This document shows positions 41,990 to 50,378 of a stretch of 64,000 nt of DNA, piece by piece. The stretch comes from Alphaproteobacteria bacterium. GTDB lineage: Bacteria; Pseudomonadota; Alphaproteobacteria; UBA828. The stretch is taken from assembly GCA_963667785.2 (NCBI GenBank), contig CAXXMU010000001.1:384001-448000 (forward strand), read 5' to 3'. The number at the start of each line of letters is the position of its first letter. Within the stretch, counting starts at the first letter, position 1. The notes beneath the pieces are model-generated. The model worked only from the letters and a program-made list of their open reading frames with translations, was not told the origin of the DNA and did not search any database. Position numbers and translations under genes: made by a program.

Positions 41990-43210
41990 TCACGCCCACA
42001 GACATGACAGCGGCGCCGCCGCCAACTTGTCGCCGAACGGCACGAAATCCGCACTGTCATAGAGAACGACGCCGCAGGCGAAACGCTCCTTGCACGCTTC
42101 GGCCAGGGTCCGCAGCCCGGCGAAATCTTTGGACGTCACCGTTGCGGCCGCCTTGACCTCGATCCCCGCGATCCTCCCGTCGTCGCGTTCCAGCACGATG
42201 TCGACTTCGCGCATCTCCCGGTCGCGGAAATGATAGGCGGCCAGCTGCAGGTCCGACGCGGTCATGAGCTTCAGCACCTCCGAGAACACGAAGCTCTCGA
42301 GCAGCGCGCCGAACTCGCTGCGGTCGGACCTGACTCGATCGAAGCTCAACCCGCGCACCGCCGCGAGCAGGCCGGAATCGAGGAAGTGCAGTTTCGGCGT
42401 CTTGGCGATGCGCTTCAGCGCGTTCGTGTACCAGGGCTGCAATGTCGAGACGAGAAACACCTGCTCCAGCAAGGCGACATAGCGCTGCCCGGTCTTGTGG
42501 CTGACGTCGATTTCGGAGCCGAACTGCGAGTAGTTGACCAGCCGTCCCGAATACTCCGCCAGCAGGCGCACGAACTTGGGCAGCTCGGCCAGCCTCTCGA
42601 TCTCGGCAATGTCTCTCAGATCGCGGGTTAGCACCGAGGTCAGATAGGACCGCGCCCAAGCCTGCCGCCGGCGCTCGCTCTCGCGTTCGATCGCCTCGGG
42701 GAAACCTCCGAGCAGCGCCAGCCGGACGAGGTCGTCGCCGATGACAGCCTGCCGCTCGCCTTCCAGCCTCCCCTCGAACAGACGCTCCAGGAAGGTGGGT
42801 GCGGTGCCCGCTATTTCAGCGCGGGCCAACGGCAGCATGCGGATGGTTTCGATCCGGCCCGCCAGGCTGTCGGCAACCCGGGGCAACGTCATGACGTTGG
42901 CGGAGCCGGTCAGCAGAAAACGGCCGGGGCGATAGTCTTCGTCCACGCTCCTCTTGATTACCAGCAGCAGGTCCGGGGCGCGCTGGATCTCGTCAATGAT
43001 GGCTCGGTCCAGGCCGCGGATGAAGCCGTTCGGATCTGACAGTGCGGCGTCGAGGACCGTGCGGTCGTCCAGTGTGATATAGATCCGGCCTTCTTCCGCC
43101 ATCTTCCGGGCGAGCGTGGTCTTGCCCGCACGGCGCGGTCCTACGATCAGCACCACCGGGGTATCCGCGAGGGCCTCCTCCGCCCGCCTCTCTACGAACC
43201 GTGGGTACAT
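41990..43210 (-). CDS. AAA+ ATPase with DUF4143 and C-terminal PD-(D/E)XK-like domain (COG1373-type)
   Basis: GPRRAGKTT, IIDEIQ, FLLTGSA, GGFP, KLHFLDSG, REVDIVLE...IEVK. Confidence 0.9.
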   Translation of the reverse strand: MYPRFVERRAEEALADTPVVLIVGPRRAGKTTLARKMAEEGRIYITLDDRTVLDAALSDPNGFIRGLDRAIIDEIQRAPDLLLVIKRSVDEDYRPGRFLLTGSANVMTLPRVADSLAGRIETIRMLPLARAEIAGTAPTFLERLFEGRLEGERQAVIGDDLVRLALLGGFPEAIERESERRRQAWARSYLTSVLTRDLRDIAEIERLAELPKFVRLLAEYSGRLVNYSQFGSEIDVSHKTGQRYVALLEQVFLVSTLQPWYTNALKRIAKTPKLHFLDSGLLAAVRGLSFDRVRSDRSEFGALLESFVFSEVLKLMTASDLQLAAYHFRDREMREVDIVLERDDGRIAGIEVKAAATVTSKDFAGLRTLAEACKERFACGVVLYDSADFVPFGDKLAAAPLSCLWA

Positions 43211-43224
43211 GCCTCCTCGGCCTT

Positions 43225-43312
43225 TCCGACGATTGGAACTATGACGACTGACGATTGGAAGTCAACAGACCGCAGATTGGAAGCCGTAGAACCGCGGACT
43301 GAGAATGGGCGG
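43225..43312. repeat. Direct repeats with a 22-bp period upstream of the AAA+ gene
   Basis: GATTGGAA at 43231, 43253 and 43275; a degenerate fourth unit near 43297. Confidence 0.75.
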
Positions 43313-43936
43313 GAGGCAAAACCTTCCCTCCTGAGCAACCGGGCTCACCTTGGCCGCATCGACAAGGGACCAAGCGGGCTTGCCGCCCGTGGTCCTGCGC
43401 TTGAGCGATGGCGAACAGCCGGACATCATACGCCTGTCACCGAGGCCGCCAATTCGCACAACGGTGATGGGCAGTGCCGATCGTCCGGCCGACGACACGG
43501 GTACGACATCAAGGATCAAGGAAGGTAATGGCTATCAAGAAATCCAGCGGGATCGGCCCGGAGCACGATCTCCAGATACTGACCCGCGATATCCTCCCCC
43601 TCCACGCAGATCACGGGCGCGGCCCCTTGAGCTCTGCTTGGCTCCGCTGTCCGCACCTGCTGAAAATCTCCTGCACCACCTCCCGGGAACCGACTCCGAA
43701 ACTTGCCGATAGACGTCCGCGGCCCGACTCGGCATTTGTAAGCCACCAGAAGCGCTCGACTGGGCTCCTGCCTACAGCGCAGACATGCCGCCGCCAGGGA
43801 CTCCGGCAGCGTGCAGACAGGAAACAACGTCACTGGCATCAGAAGAGCAGTACGCCAATATCCGTAGATCCCCTACAATCCATCTCTTGAACAATCCCTA
43901 CGAACACTCCGGAAATTTGGCAGTCCATTTCCTCTC

Positions 43937-46594
43937 ATGAAATACGAAGCCACATTGGAGGAACTTCACTCCTCCATCAACTCGCTCGATCAACCTACGA
44001 CGTTGGCCCTTCTAAACATTGATGAAGCCCTTCTGGATCTACCAGACACGACGCTTTCGTATATCGCGCGCTGGAATCACTGGAAGCGCTTGCGACACGT
44101 CGTAGCCTCAATCCCACATTTGATACACCAAGGCAGCACTGCCTACACTCCACTTGTAAGCTTTTTGGGACACTTTAGTTCCGGAAAATCTACTTTGATA
44201 AACGCCATCATGGAAATTGAACAAAACGAACACCCAGCTTACAGAAGGGAAGCGGGCCGCAACCCAACGGATAGAGGTATCACACTAACTACACACTTCA
44301 ACAATTATTCGAGCACAAGTAACGAGTTCCTGTCATTCATTGATAAAGTAGATGTAGTGCAGGGTCCCCGCTTGCCAGTCATGGAGCACATGACCCTGGT
44401 GGACACGCCAGGACTAGGAGACGATCCGTCTGAAATGGATAGACTCATTCGTTTCCTCCACCTAGTCCATGTGCTGGTTCTTACAGTCGACGGACGTCGC
44501 CCTTTCGCCGATACCGATAAGGACTTTGCATTGCTTGACGTCGCCTTTAATCGACTAGTCGGCGTACCAAAAATCTTCGCCATTACCAGCGCCGTTGATT
44601 TCCTCTCGGATCGCAGGGGGGAATTTGATACTGAGTGGGACCAGGCTGAAGCGGATGCATTTTGGCGACAAACCCTTGGCCGCCTTCTTTCCGATCCACG
44701 TTTCGCGGACCGCAAAGAAGAACTAGCCGGCACACCGCACCACTTCGTTGATTCTATCGAGAGCTTTCGCATCAACAATTTGGTGGGCACTATTCTTCCC
44801 ATTGTTTCAGACGACGAGCAACGAACAAGAACTGATATTGCTCGTGCAGAATATGTGATTACATCAGCTGTTGAATCCCTAAAGTACCTTGAGGAATATG
44901 TTGGCGAGCGGAGTCAGCACCTGGGCAAACTTCGGTCGGATGCTGAGCAACGAAGCGAGAATACCAAGACTGCTATAGAGAACTTAATTGTCGATCTCGA
45001 CCGGCGCCTCGCGAGCACTTTGGAATTACTACAAGGACAACAGAACGATAACACCGATATATCAGTTCCGCTCGATCATATAGTAACCATTGATACACTA
45101 TCGCAAGACATTGACATGCCAGCTACGGGGAGCGCTATTCGAGATGCTCTGCAAAACCTAATTGATTTGAGACGATCTCAGGTATTGCGCCGTTCACGGG
45201 AATACTACCGACGACGAAGCAGTGAGACGACGGAACAGTATAAGTCCGAACTTCTGGTGGATCGTGATATCGCTGCAACAGTTAAAGGGACAGATCTCCT
45301 AGGCCAATTGCGTCTGTGCGGACGGACTGCGCTGAGCAGTGCCTTAGTCAGGCATCGAGCGGCTCGTACCATGGGATTGGAGTTTCTAGAGCGACGGTCA
45401 GAGCGCGGTCGAGTTATGTCCGCAGCTCGGGATATTCAGAGTGAATTCGATCGCTTTCAAGAAGTCCACGACGATACCGTAAAGACATTGATTGCCTACA
45501 TAACCCAGCCGAGTTCTCTTGAACTGTTGCGCGAGCATGGTTTCGTCGGGTTTGATAGATCTGGCCAACGTTTAGCCGATCCCGATAGCATCGACATGAA
45601 CAATCGAGAGGATTATCGTCGATTGCTCACCGAGATTGAGAAATGTAAGGACGCCCTTAAGGACATATACGAGCAAGCAACCGTGGACCTTGAGACCAGC
45701 GTGCGGGGCAGTTTACCGGAGGACGATGAAGATGCCGACGAAGAGTTTTCATTCGAAAGTATGGGTCCGTCCGCACTAGAGCCCATAGTCGAGCAAATCT
45801 CTGCCAGAACCTCCGTTGGTGTACGCGAGCTGGACCAAGCGGTTAATGAGCAGGTCGCGGAACTGACAGAAGAAGTTGCGGAGAGGAAACAGGCTACTAC
45901 AGCACGTATAAGAGAAATTTGGCAAGCGCGAGGTCGAGTTGCAGCAAGATTGGCAGTAGTCATATTCGTCTTCGGTGGTGTCGGATTGATACTCAGAGAA
46001 CTCGCTCCCGACCTTTGGACAAGGATGTGGTCCTCACTGCCAGACTGGATGATTCAAGGAGCGGTAAGTAGCACTGTAACGTCGTTAATTCTTAGTATCT
46101 GTTTCTTTATCTTTATTGGATCCGCTAACGCAAATCTAAGAGTCGCATTCGGATCCACAACGTTTGTGCTATTAAAGCTTGCACTATTGCGACGAAAGCA
46201 TCGGCAAGAAGTTCGACGGATCACAGACGAAGGGCTGAGCAAAGCCAAAGCAAGAGTCAGTGAATCATTTAATTCCATAGAAGATGTCTTGCTCGGATCT
46301 GTAGTGCGTTGGCTCGAGAACGACTGCGTTATATATAGAAAGTCAGCTGGAGAACTACGTCAACTTAGCCAGCGCGCCGGCGAGCGGGGCCAGCATGTGA
46401 AGGAGTTGGTAGGCAAGATAGCTACATTTCGGCAGGAGCTGGGCGGTCAATTGCGAGAGAAATCGGAAGCAATTCGTTCGGCTGCCGTATCGACGCATAT
46501 GTCGACAATTCGAAAGGCGGCTGGGGACGTCGAACAACTAAGAGAAACTATTGCCGAGATAGAGGACAGGGCACAACGTGCGAGCGTTTCCTAA
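43937..46594 (+). CDS. Dynamin-like GTPase with coiled coils and two C-terminal TM segments
   Basis: G1 GHFSSGKS, G2 PTD, G3 DTPG; long helical region; hydrophobic LAVVIFVFGGVGLIL and LILSICFFIFIG; lower GC than the core genes. Confidence 0.8.
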   Translation: MKYEATLEELHSSINSLDQPTTLALLNIDEALLDLPDTTLSYIARWNHWKRLRHVVASIPHLIHQGSTAYTPLVSFLGHFSSGKSTLINAIMEIEQNEHPAYRREAGRNPTDRGITLTTHFNNYSSTSNEFLSFIDKVDVVQGPRLPVMEHMTLVDTPGLGDDPSEMDRLIRFLHLVHVLVLTVDGRRPFADTDKDFALLDVAFNRLVGVPKIFAITSAVDFLSDRRGEFDTEWDQAEADAFWRQTLGRLLSDPRFADRKEELAGTPHHFVDSIESFRINNLVGTILPIVSDDEQRTRTDIARAEYVITSAVESLKYLEEYVGERSQHLGKLRSDAEQRSENTKTAIENLIVDLDRRLASTLELLQGQQNDNTDISVPLDHIVTIDTLSQDIDMPATGSAIRDALQNLIDLRRSQVLRRSREYYRRRSSETTEQYKSELLVDRDIAATVKGTDLLGQLRLCGRTALSSALVRHRAARTMGLEFLERRSERGRVMSAARDIQSEFDRFQEVHDDTVKTLIAYITQPSSLELLREHGFVGFDRSGQRLADPDSIDMNNREDYRRLLTEIEKCKDALKDIYEQATVDLETSVRGSLPEDDEDADEEFSFESMGPSALEPIVEQISARTSVGVRELDQAVNEQVAELTEEVAERKQATTARIREIWQARGRVAARLAVVIFVFGGVGLILRELAPDLWTRMWSSLPDWMIQGAVSSTVTSLILSICFFIFIGSANANLRVAFGSTTFVLLKLALLRRKHRQEVRRITDEGLSKAKARVSESFNSIEDVLLGSVVRWLENDCVIYRKSAGELRQLSQRAGERGQHVKELVGKIATFRQELGGQLREKSEAIRSAAVSTHMSTIRKAAGDVEQLRETIAEIEDRAQRASVS

Positions 46595-46800
46595 GTCTGG
46601 TCAGCTGCAAATACAGGCTGCAGTTCGCTGTATGCCCCCTTCGGGTGATCGAGATCGCCGTCGAGGCCCACACGCGCAGGATCGTCCGCCCCCGGTAGCG
46701 GCGAAGCTGCGCCTGCACATCCTCGCCTCTGGAAGTGTCGGCGCCTCTGGTGCCAAAAAAGGGGAGTTATATACGAAAGTGACCAGCTTGCGTTGGGGAG

Positions 46801-47130
46801 TTAGTCGTGATCCCGAGCGCCCCTTGATACGTGACTGAGGATACGATCCAAGAGGCGATGGATTTCTTCTATACCCAAGCGCCTAGCCAAAAAGACGAGC
46901 AAGATAAGTTCAAGTATAAGGATGGCGATTGGACCGCCAAATGTGGGCATGAACGAGAACGCCGCTATATCAATCAGGATTATGATGCCCAGCACAAAGG
47001 CGAAGCGATCTTCTTTCCGGGCATCACGCTCACCAGCGAGGTCTCTTTGCAGATTTTCTATCTGCTCCTTTAGCTTCGACTCCTCTGATGGCTCAAGGGC
47101 GGATGCGATCTCGCCTCTTTCATCCGGCAT
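46801..47130 (-). CDS. Small coiled-coil + 2-TM protein, putative toxin partner of Panacea
   Basis: Start overlaps the antitoxin stop; FAFVLGIIILIDIAAF and IAILILELILLVFLA hydrophobic helices. Confidence 0.65.
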   Translation of the reverse strand: MPDERGEIASALEPSEESKLKEQIENLQRDLAGERDARKEDRFAFVLGIIILIDIAAFSFMPTFGGPIAILILELILLVFLARRLGIEEIHRLLDRILSHVSRGARDHD

Positions 47131-47569
47131 TCTTCGCGTGCTCAATCCGCTTATTGTACTCGACTAGAATATCTTCATTCGGAATGATGACGCTCCGCTC
47201 GCCTGAATGATAGTTCTTATACCATGCACCTTCCTTCCAGTGGGTAATAGCCACTAAGCGAGACGGCGGAAGCGACATGTCAACGATTTCGTCGAGCATG
47301 GAGCACTCCGTCCCATCTTCTATATCTTGTTGCGAGCGGAAGATGTTTTTCACCGGGTCTTTACCAAACACCTTCGCCTTATGGTACAGGGTGGGATGAA
47401 CTGGACCATAATCCCACGCCTCAAAGAAGCCAGGGATAAGGGCGTGGTCGTGCTTGCCCAAGTGGAACATATGGGCGAGATACAGCACTTTCTGCATTTC
47501 CAGATTGGACAGCGACCAATCGGATTGGTGTCCCATGCGCTTGGCCGCCGAGAGGACCGGTATCGGCAT
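47120..47569 (-). CDS. Panacea-domain (DUF4065/SocA-like) antitoxin
   Basis: LSNLEMQKVLYLAH, FEAWDYGPVHPTLY, LVAITH...AW; GGAGG RBS. Confidence 0.88.
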   Translation of the reverse strand: MPIPVLSAAKRMGHQSDWSLSNLEMQKVLYLAHMFHLGKHDHALIPGFFEAWDYGPVHPTLYHKAKVFGKDPVKNIFRSQQDIEDGTECSMLDEIVDMSLPPSRLVAITHWKEGAWYKNYHSGERSVIIPNEDILVEYNKRIEHAKNAG

Positions 47570-47654
47570 GGCAAACCTCCGCTCGGGCGACTCCACCTAC
47601 CACTGCAGGTGATTTTGGGCAAGTGCGATGTCAAGTGCCATCTGCCAATATCCC

Positions 47655-47683
47655 TTGACATCTGGCGTCGTGGTCACTATACT
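47655..47683 (+). promoter_or_regulatory. Consensus sigma70 promoter of transposase 2
   Basis: TTGACA (47655-47660)-N17-TATACT (47678-47683); TGGTCACT at 47671-47678 matches the element IR. Confidence 0.75.
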
Positions 47684-47706
47684 TCCATTATTGGACGGAG
47701 GCGATC

Positions 47707-48645
47707 ATGGCACACAAGGCACCCGGCAAGCACTACCGCGAAGGCATGTCGCTGGTCGAGATCATCCGCAAGTTCCCGGATGACGCGGCGGCAGAGCGGT
47801 GGTTCACGGAGGTCCGCTGGCCGGATGGCGTTCACTGCCCGCATTGCGGCTCGGTGAACATCCAGGACGGCACTAAGCACAAGACCATGCCCTATCGCTG
47901 CCGTGACTGCCGCAAGTGGTTCTCGGTCAAGACTGGCACGGTCATGCAGTCGTCGAAGCTGGGCTTGCAGGTGTGGGCCGTCGCGACCTATCTGCTGACC
48001 ACGGGCTTGAAGGGCCAAGCCAGCATGAAGCTGCATCGCGATCTGGGCATCACGCAGAAGTCGGCGTGGCACTTGGCCCACCGTATCCGCGAGACCTGGG
48101 CGAAGAAGAACGAACCGACGATGGCTGGGCCGGTCGAGGTTGACGAGACCTACATCGGCGGGAAGGAGAAGAACAAGCACTCTCACAAGAAGCAGCGCTT
48201 GGGTCGCGGCGGCATCGGCAAGGCCATTGTCGCTGGTGCCAAGGATCGCGCCACGGGCGCCATCAGCGCTCAGTCGGTCCCCGACACCACCAAGGGCACG
48301 TTACACGGCTTTGTCGGCTCTCAGGCGGCCCCTGGCGCCACGATCTACACCGACGAAGGTGGCGGCTATCAGGGCATGCCCTTCGATCACGAGACCGTCT
48401 GCCACGGTGTCGGCGAGTATGTCAGTGACATGGCCCACACCAACGGCATCGAGTCCTTCTGGTCCATGCTGAAGCGCGGCTACCACGGGACCTACCACCA
48501 CATGAGCGCCAAGCACCTAGATCGCTATGTCGGGGAGTTCTCGGGTCGGCACAACGACAGGGACGCCGACACCATTGACCAGATGGCCCGCATGGCACAG
48601 GGTATGGTCGGGAAGCGGCTCAGGTATCAGGACTTGATCGGTTAG
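47707..48645 (+). CDS. IS1595-family transposase
   Basis: CPHCG...CRDC, VEVDETYIGG, YTDE, HTNGIESFW, KHLDRYVGEF. Confidence 0.95.
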   Translation: MAHKAPGKHYREGMSLVEIIRKFPDDAAAERWFTEVRWPDGVHCPHCGSVNIQDGTKHKTMPYRCRDCRKWFSVKTGTVMQSSKLGLQVWAVATYLLTTGLKGQASMKLHRDLGITQKSAWHLAHRIRETWAKKNEPTMAGPVEVDETYIGGKEKNKHSHKKQRLGRGGIGKAIVAGAKDRATGAISAQSVPDTTKGTLHGFVGSQAAPGATIYTDEGGGYQGMPFDHETVCHGVGEYVSDMAHTNGIESFWSMLKRGYHGTYHHMSAKHLDRYVGEFSGRHNDRDADTIDQMARMAQGMVGKRLRYQDLIG

Positions 48646-48651
48646 AGTCGG

Positions 48652-48906
48652 TCACTGATCTTCTAGTGACACTACTCGATCAGGATCGCCCCAAGCATTG
48701 ACCAGCCAAAATGCTGCATCCAAAGAGCACACCTTGGCAAGAATCGTGATGCCCTTGCATCCCGGTTCATCCGATGTCTCAAAGAGAAAATATCCGTCGC
48801 AACCAAGGTGCCCCATGTCGTTTTCGATGATCGTTTGGTCCGACAGGGTTCCTATGTGAAGTGAGTGCTGGCCAGTACCGTAACCTGCATCAAGGATTTT
48901 CTCCAT
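48652..48906 (-). CDS. Hypothetical protein (84 aa)
   Basis: MEKILDAGYGTGQHSLHIGTLS...GYFLFE...; GGAGGG lies just upstream on the minus strand. Confidence 0.5.
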   Translation of the reverse strand: MEKILDAGYGTGQHSLHIGTLSDQTIIENDMGHLGCDGYFLFETSDEPGCKGITILAKVCSLDAAFWLVNAWGDPDRVVSLEDQ

Positions 48907-49624
48907 GGCTCGCCCCTCCCCCCGCAAGATAGCCAAACCCAGGATATCTGTTAACGAATTGGCCAACTTTATGGTTTCCACTGAGACGGCCCGCATGAGC
49001 ATTATTGAACGGGCTCGCAATCCGATTCGCCCCCCAATAATACGATATAGGGATGCTCGTCAAGCGATTTGTTCATTTCTAACAGATAAAAGCAGAAGTT
49101 TGCACTACTTAGTTGACGCAGAACAGATGTTTTTGCAACGGTCTAACGATGCCGCTGAATCGGCGCTCCGACAAGAAGACGCCCGCTTGTCAATCAGCGT
49201 TCTTCATGCAATCCAATCAATGCAAAATGAACTAGCGCCGCTTGCCTTTGTTCCGGCGCCGCGCAATCAACGCAAGCTGATACTTTCCGGGGTAGAGGTG
49301 TCGGTGCAACTGGATATGCTGATACACGGTCGCACGCGAGGTGCTGAACAAATTGGAGCGGCCGTCCTTAGGATGACAAAGGACGACGGAGCAACCGCAT
49401 CTGCGCGAGATAGACGTAAGCGAATGGGGCTTTATGCCGCTGCGTTAATCAGAAGGCACGTTGAGGAGAACATTTCCTCAGACCGCCAACCTGCGAACAA
49501 GTTGTGCATGTCAATCGACGTACAGCGCGGCGAGCTATTCCGAGCTCCACCCTCTGTTGCGCGGCGAATGAGGGATTTGGAATACGCCTGCAGAGTTATC
49601 GCAGCGCTTTGGCCACAAATGTAG
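48905..49624 (+). CDS. Hypothetical protein (239 aa), IS cargo
   Basis: Long, lower-GC ORF with a globular composition; AAGGA upstream. Confidence 0.75.
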   Translation: MARPSPRKIAKPRISVNELANFMVSTETARMSIIERARNPIRPPIIRYRDARQAICSFLTDKSRSLHYLVDAEQMFLQRSNDAAESALRQEDARLSISVLHAIQSMQNELAPLAFVPAPRNQRKLILSGVEVSVQLDMLIHGRTRGAEQIGAAVLRMTKDDGATASARDRRKRMGLYAAALIRRHVEENISSDRQPANKLCMSIDVQRGELFRAPPSVARRMRDLEYACRVIAALWPQM

Positions 49625-49640
49625 AACGAGGGACGGCAAC

Positions 49641-49844
49641 ATGAAAAGCCGACCAACCAATTCTCCTAAACGGGGGCGCCCAGTCGAGAAGCCGCTGCCC
49701 GAGCCTATCCCCGACACGCCTGAGAACGTGGCACGTGCGCTCGTGTCTTCCCCGCCCAAGGATGAGGGCGATTGGGACTATCTCAAGAAGCCCAAGCGGC
49801 TTGACGTGGCCGCTTCGCTTGGGAAACCGCCGAAAGACAAGTAG
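49641..49844 (+). CDS. Small IS-borne hypothetical protein (67 aa)
   Basis: RBS GAGGGA; KRGRP and PDTPENVARAL. Confidence 0.6.
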   Translation: MKSRPTNSPKRGRPVEKPLPEPIPDTPENVARALVSSPPKDEGDWDYLKKPKRLDVAASLGKPPKDK

Positions 49845-49871
49845 GGCATTGCACACAGCGGCCCCTGCTCC

Positions 49872-50102
49872 ATGCCTCGGTACATCTACACGCACCAAGG
49901 GCCAGCCAGGACCTTCGCCATTCTTGCCGCCCTCTGCGGCGTAGGGGCCTACTTCGCCGCTGAAGAGGCGTACTTCACCACTCTCAGCATCTGGGATGAT
50001 CCAGCGGTTGTGAGCGCGGTGGCAGGAGCCGGCATCTTCGCCATCATGGCCATATTCTTCGCGATCCAGAGGACGAAACACCCGAGCGGCAAACGGGATT
50101 GA
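49872..50102 (+). CDS. Small 2-TM hypothetical protein
   Basis: Two hydrophobic helices; ends just before the right IR. Confidence 0.5.
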   Translation: MPRYIYTHQGPARTFAILAALCGVGAYFAAEEAYFTTLSIWDDPAVVSAVAGAGIFAIMAIFFAIQRTKHPSGKRD

Positions 50103-50378
50103 CGGTGCGGCGGCTCAAAGCCCACTGGTCACTTTCGTATATAATCCCCCTTTTTTGGGGGATTATATACCGAGCTTGACGGCTGACCGCAATTCCCCGT
50201 AGCCTCTCCCCTGCAACGTTACACGGACCCGCATGTCGGGTCGCCCGTCGAATACAACAGCCCTAGACCGGGCGCGGGGTAGCTCCCTGCGTCTTGGCGA
50301 ATAGGCGGGGCTTCACGCTTTCCGTGTGACGTTGCAACGGCCCGGCACCAGCCGGTGCCGCAACAGCCGGAGGCGTCC

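Larger units (their letters stand above)
46762..50149 (+). mobile_element. IS1595-family element 2 carrying a Panacea TA pair and hypothetical genes
   Basis: Inverted repeats GGGAGTTATATACGAAAGTGACCAG (46762-46786) and CTGGTCACTTTCGTATATAATCCCC (50125-50149), 23/25 match. Confidence 0.9.

Noticed and set aside
43225-43312. Mini CRISPR array
   Set aside because: The conserved core is only ~8-14 bp in a 22-bp period, with no spacer-length unique sequence and no cas genes
43528-43890. ORF starting MAIKKS, reminiscent of a Type I HsdM N-terminus
   Set aside because: The similarity is limited to six residues, which is too little to call
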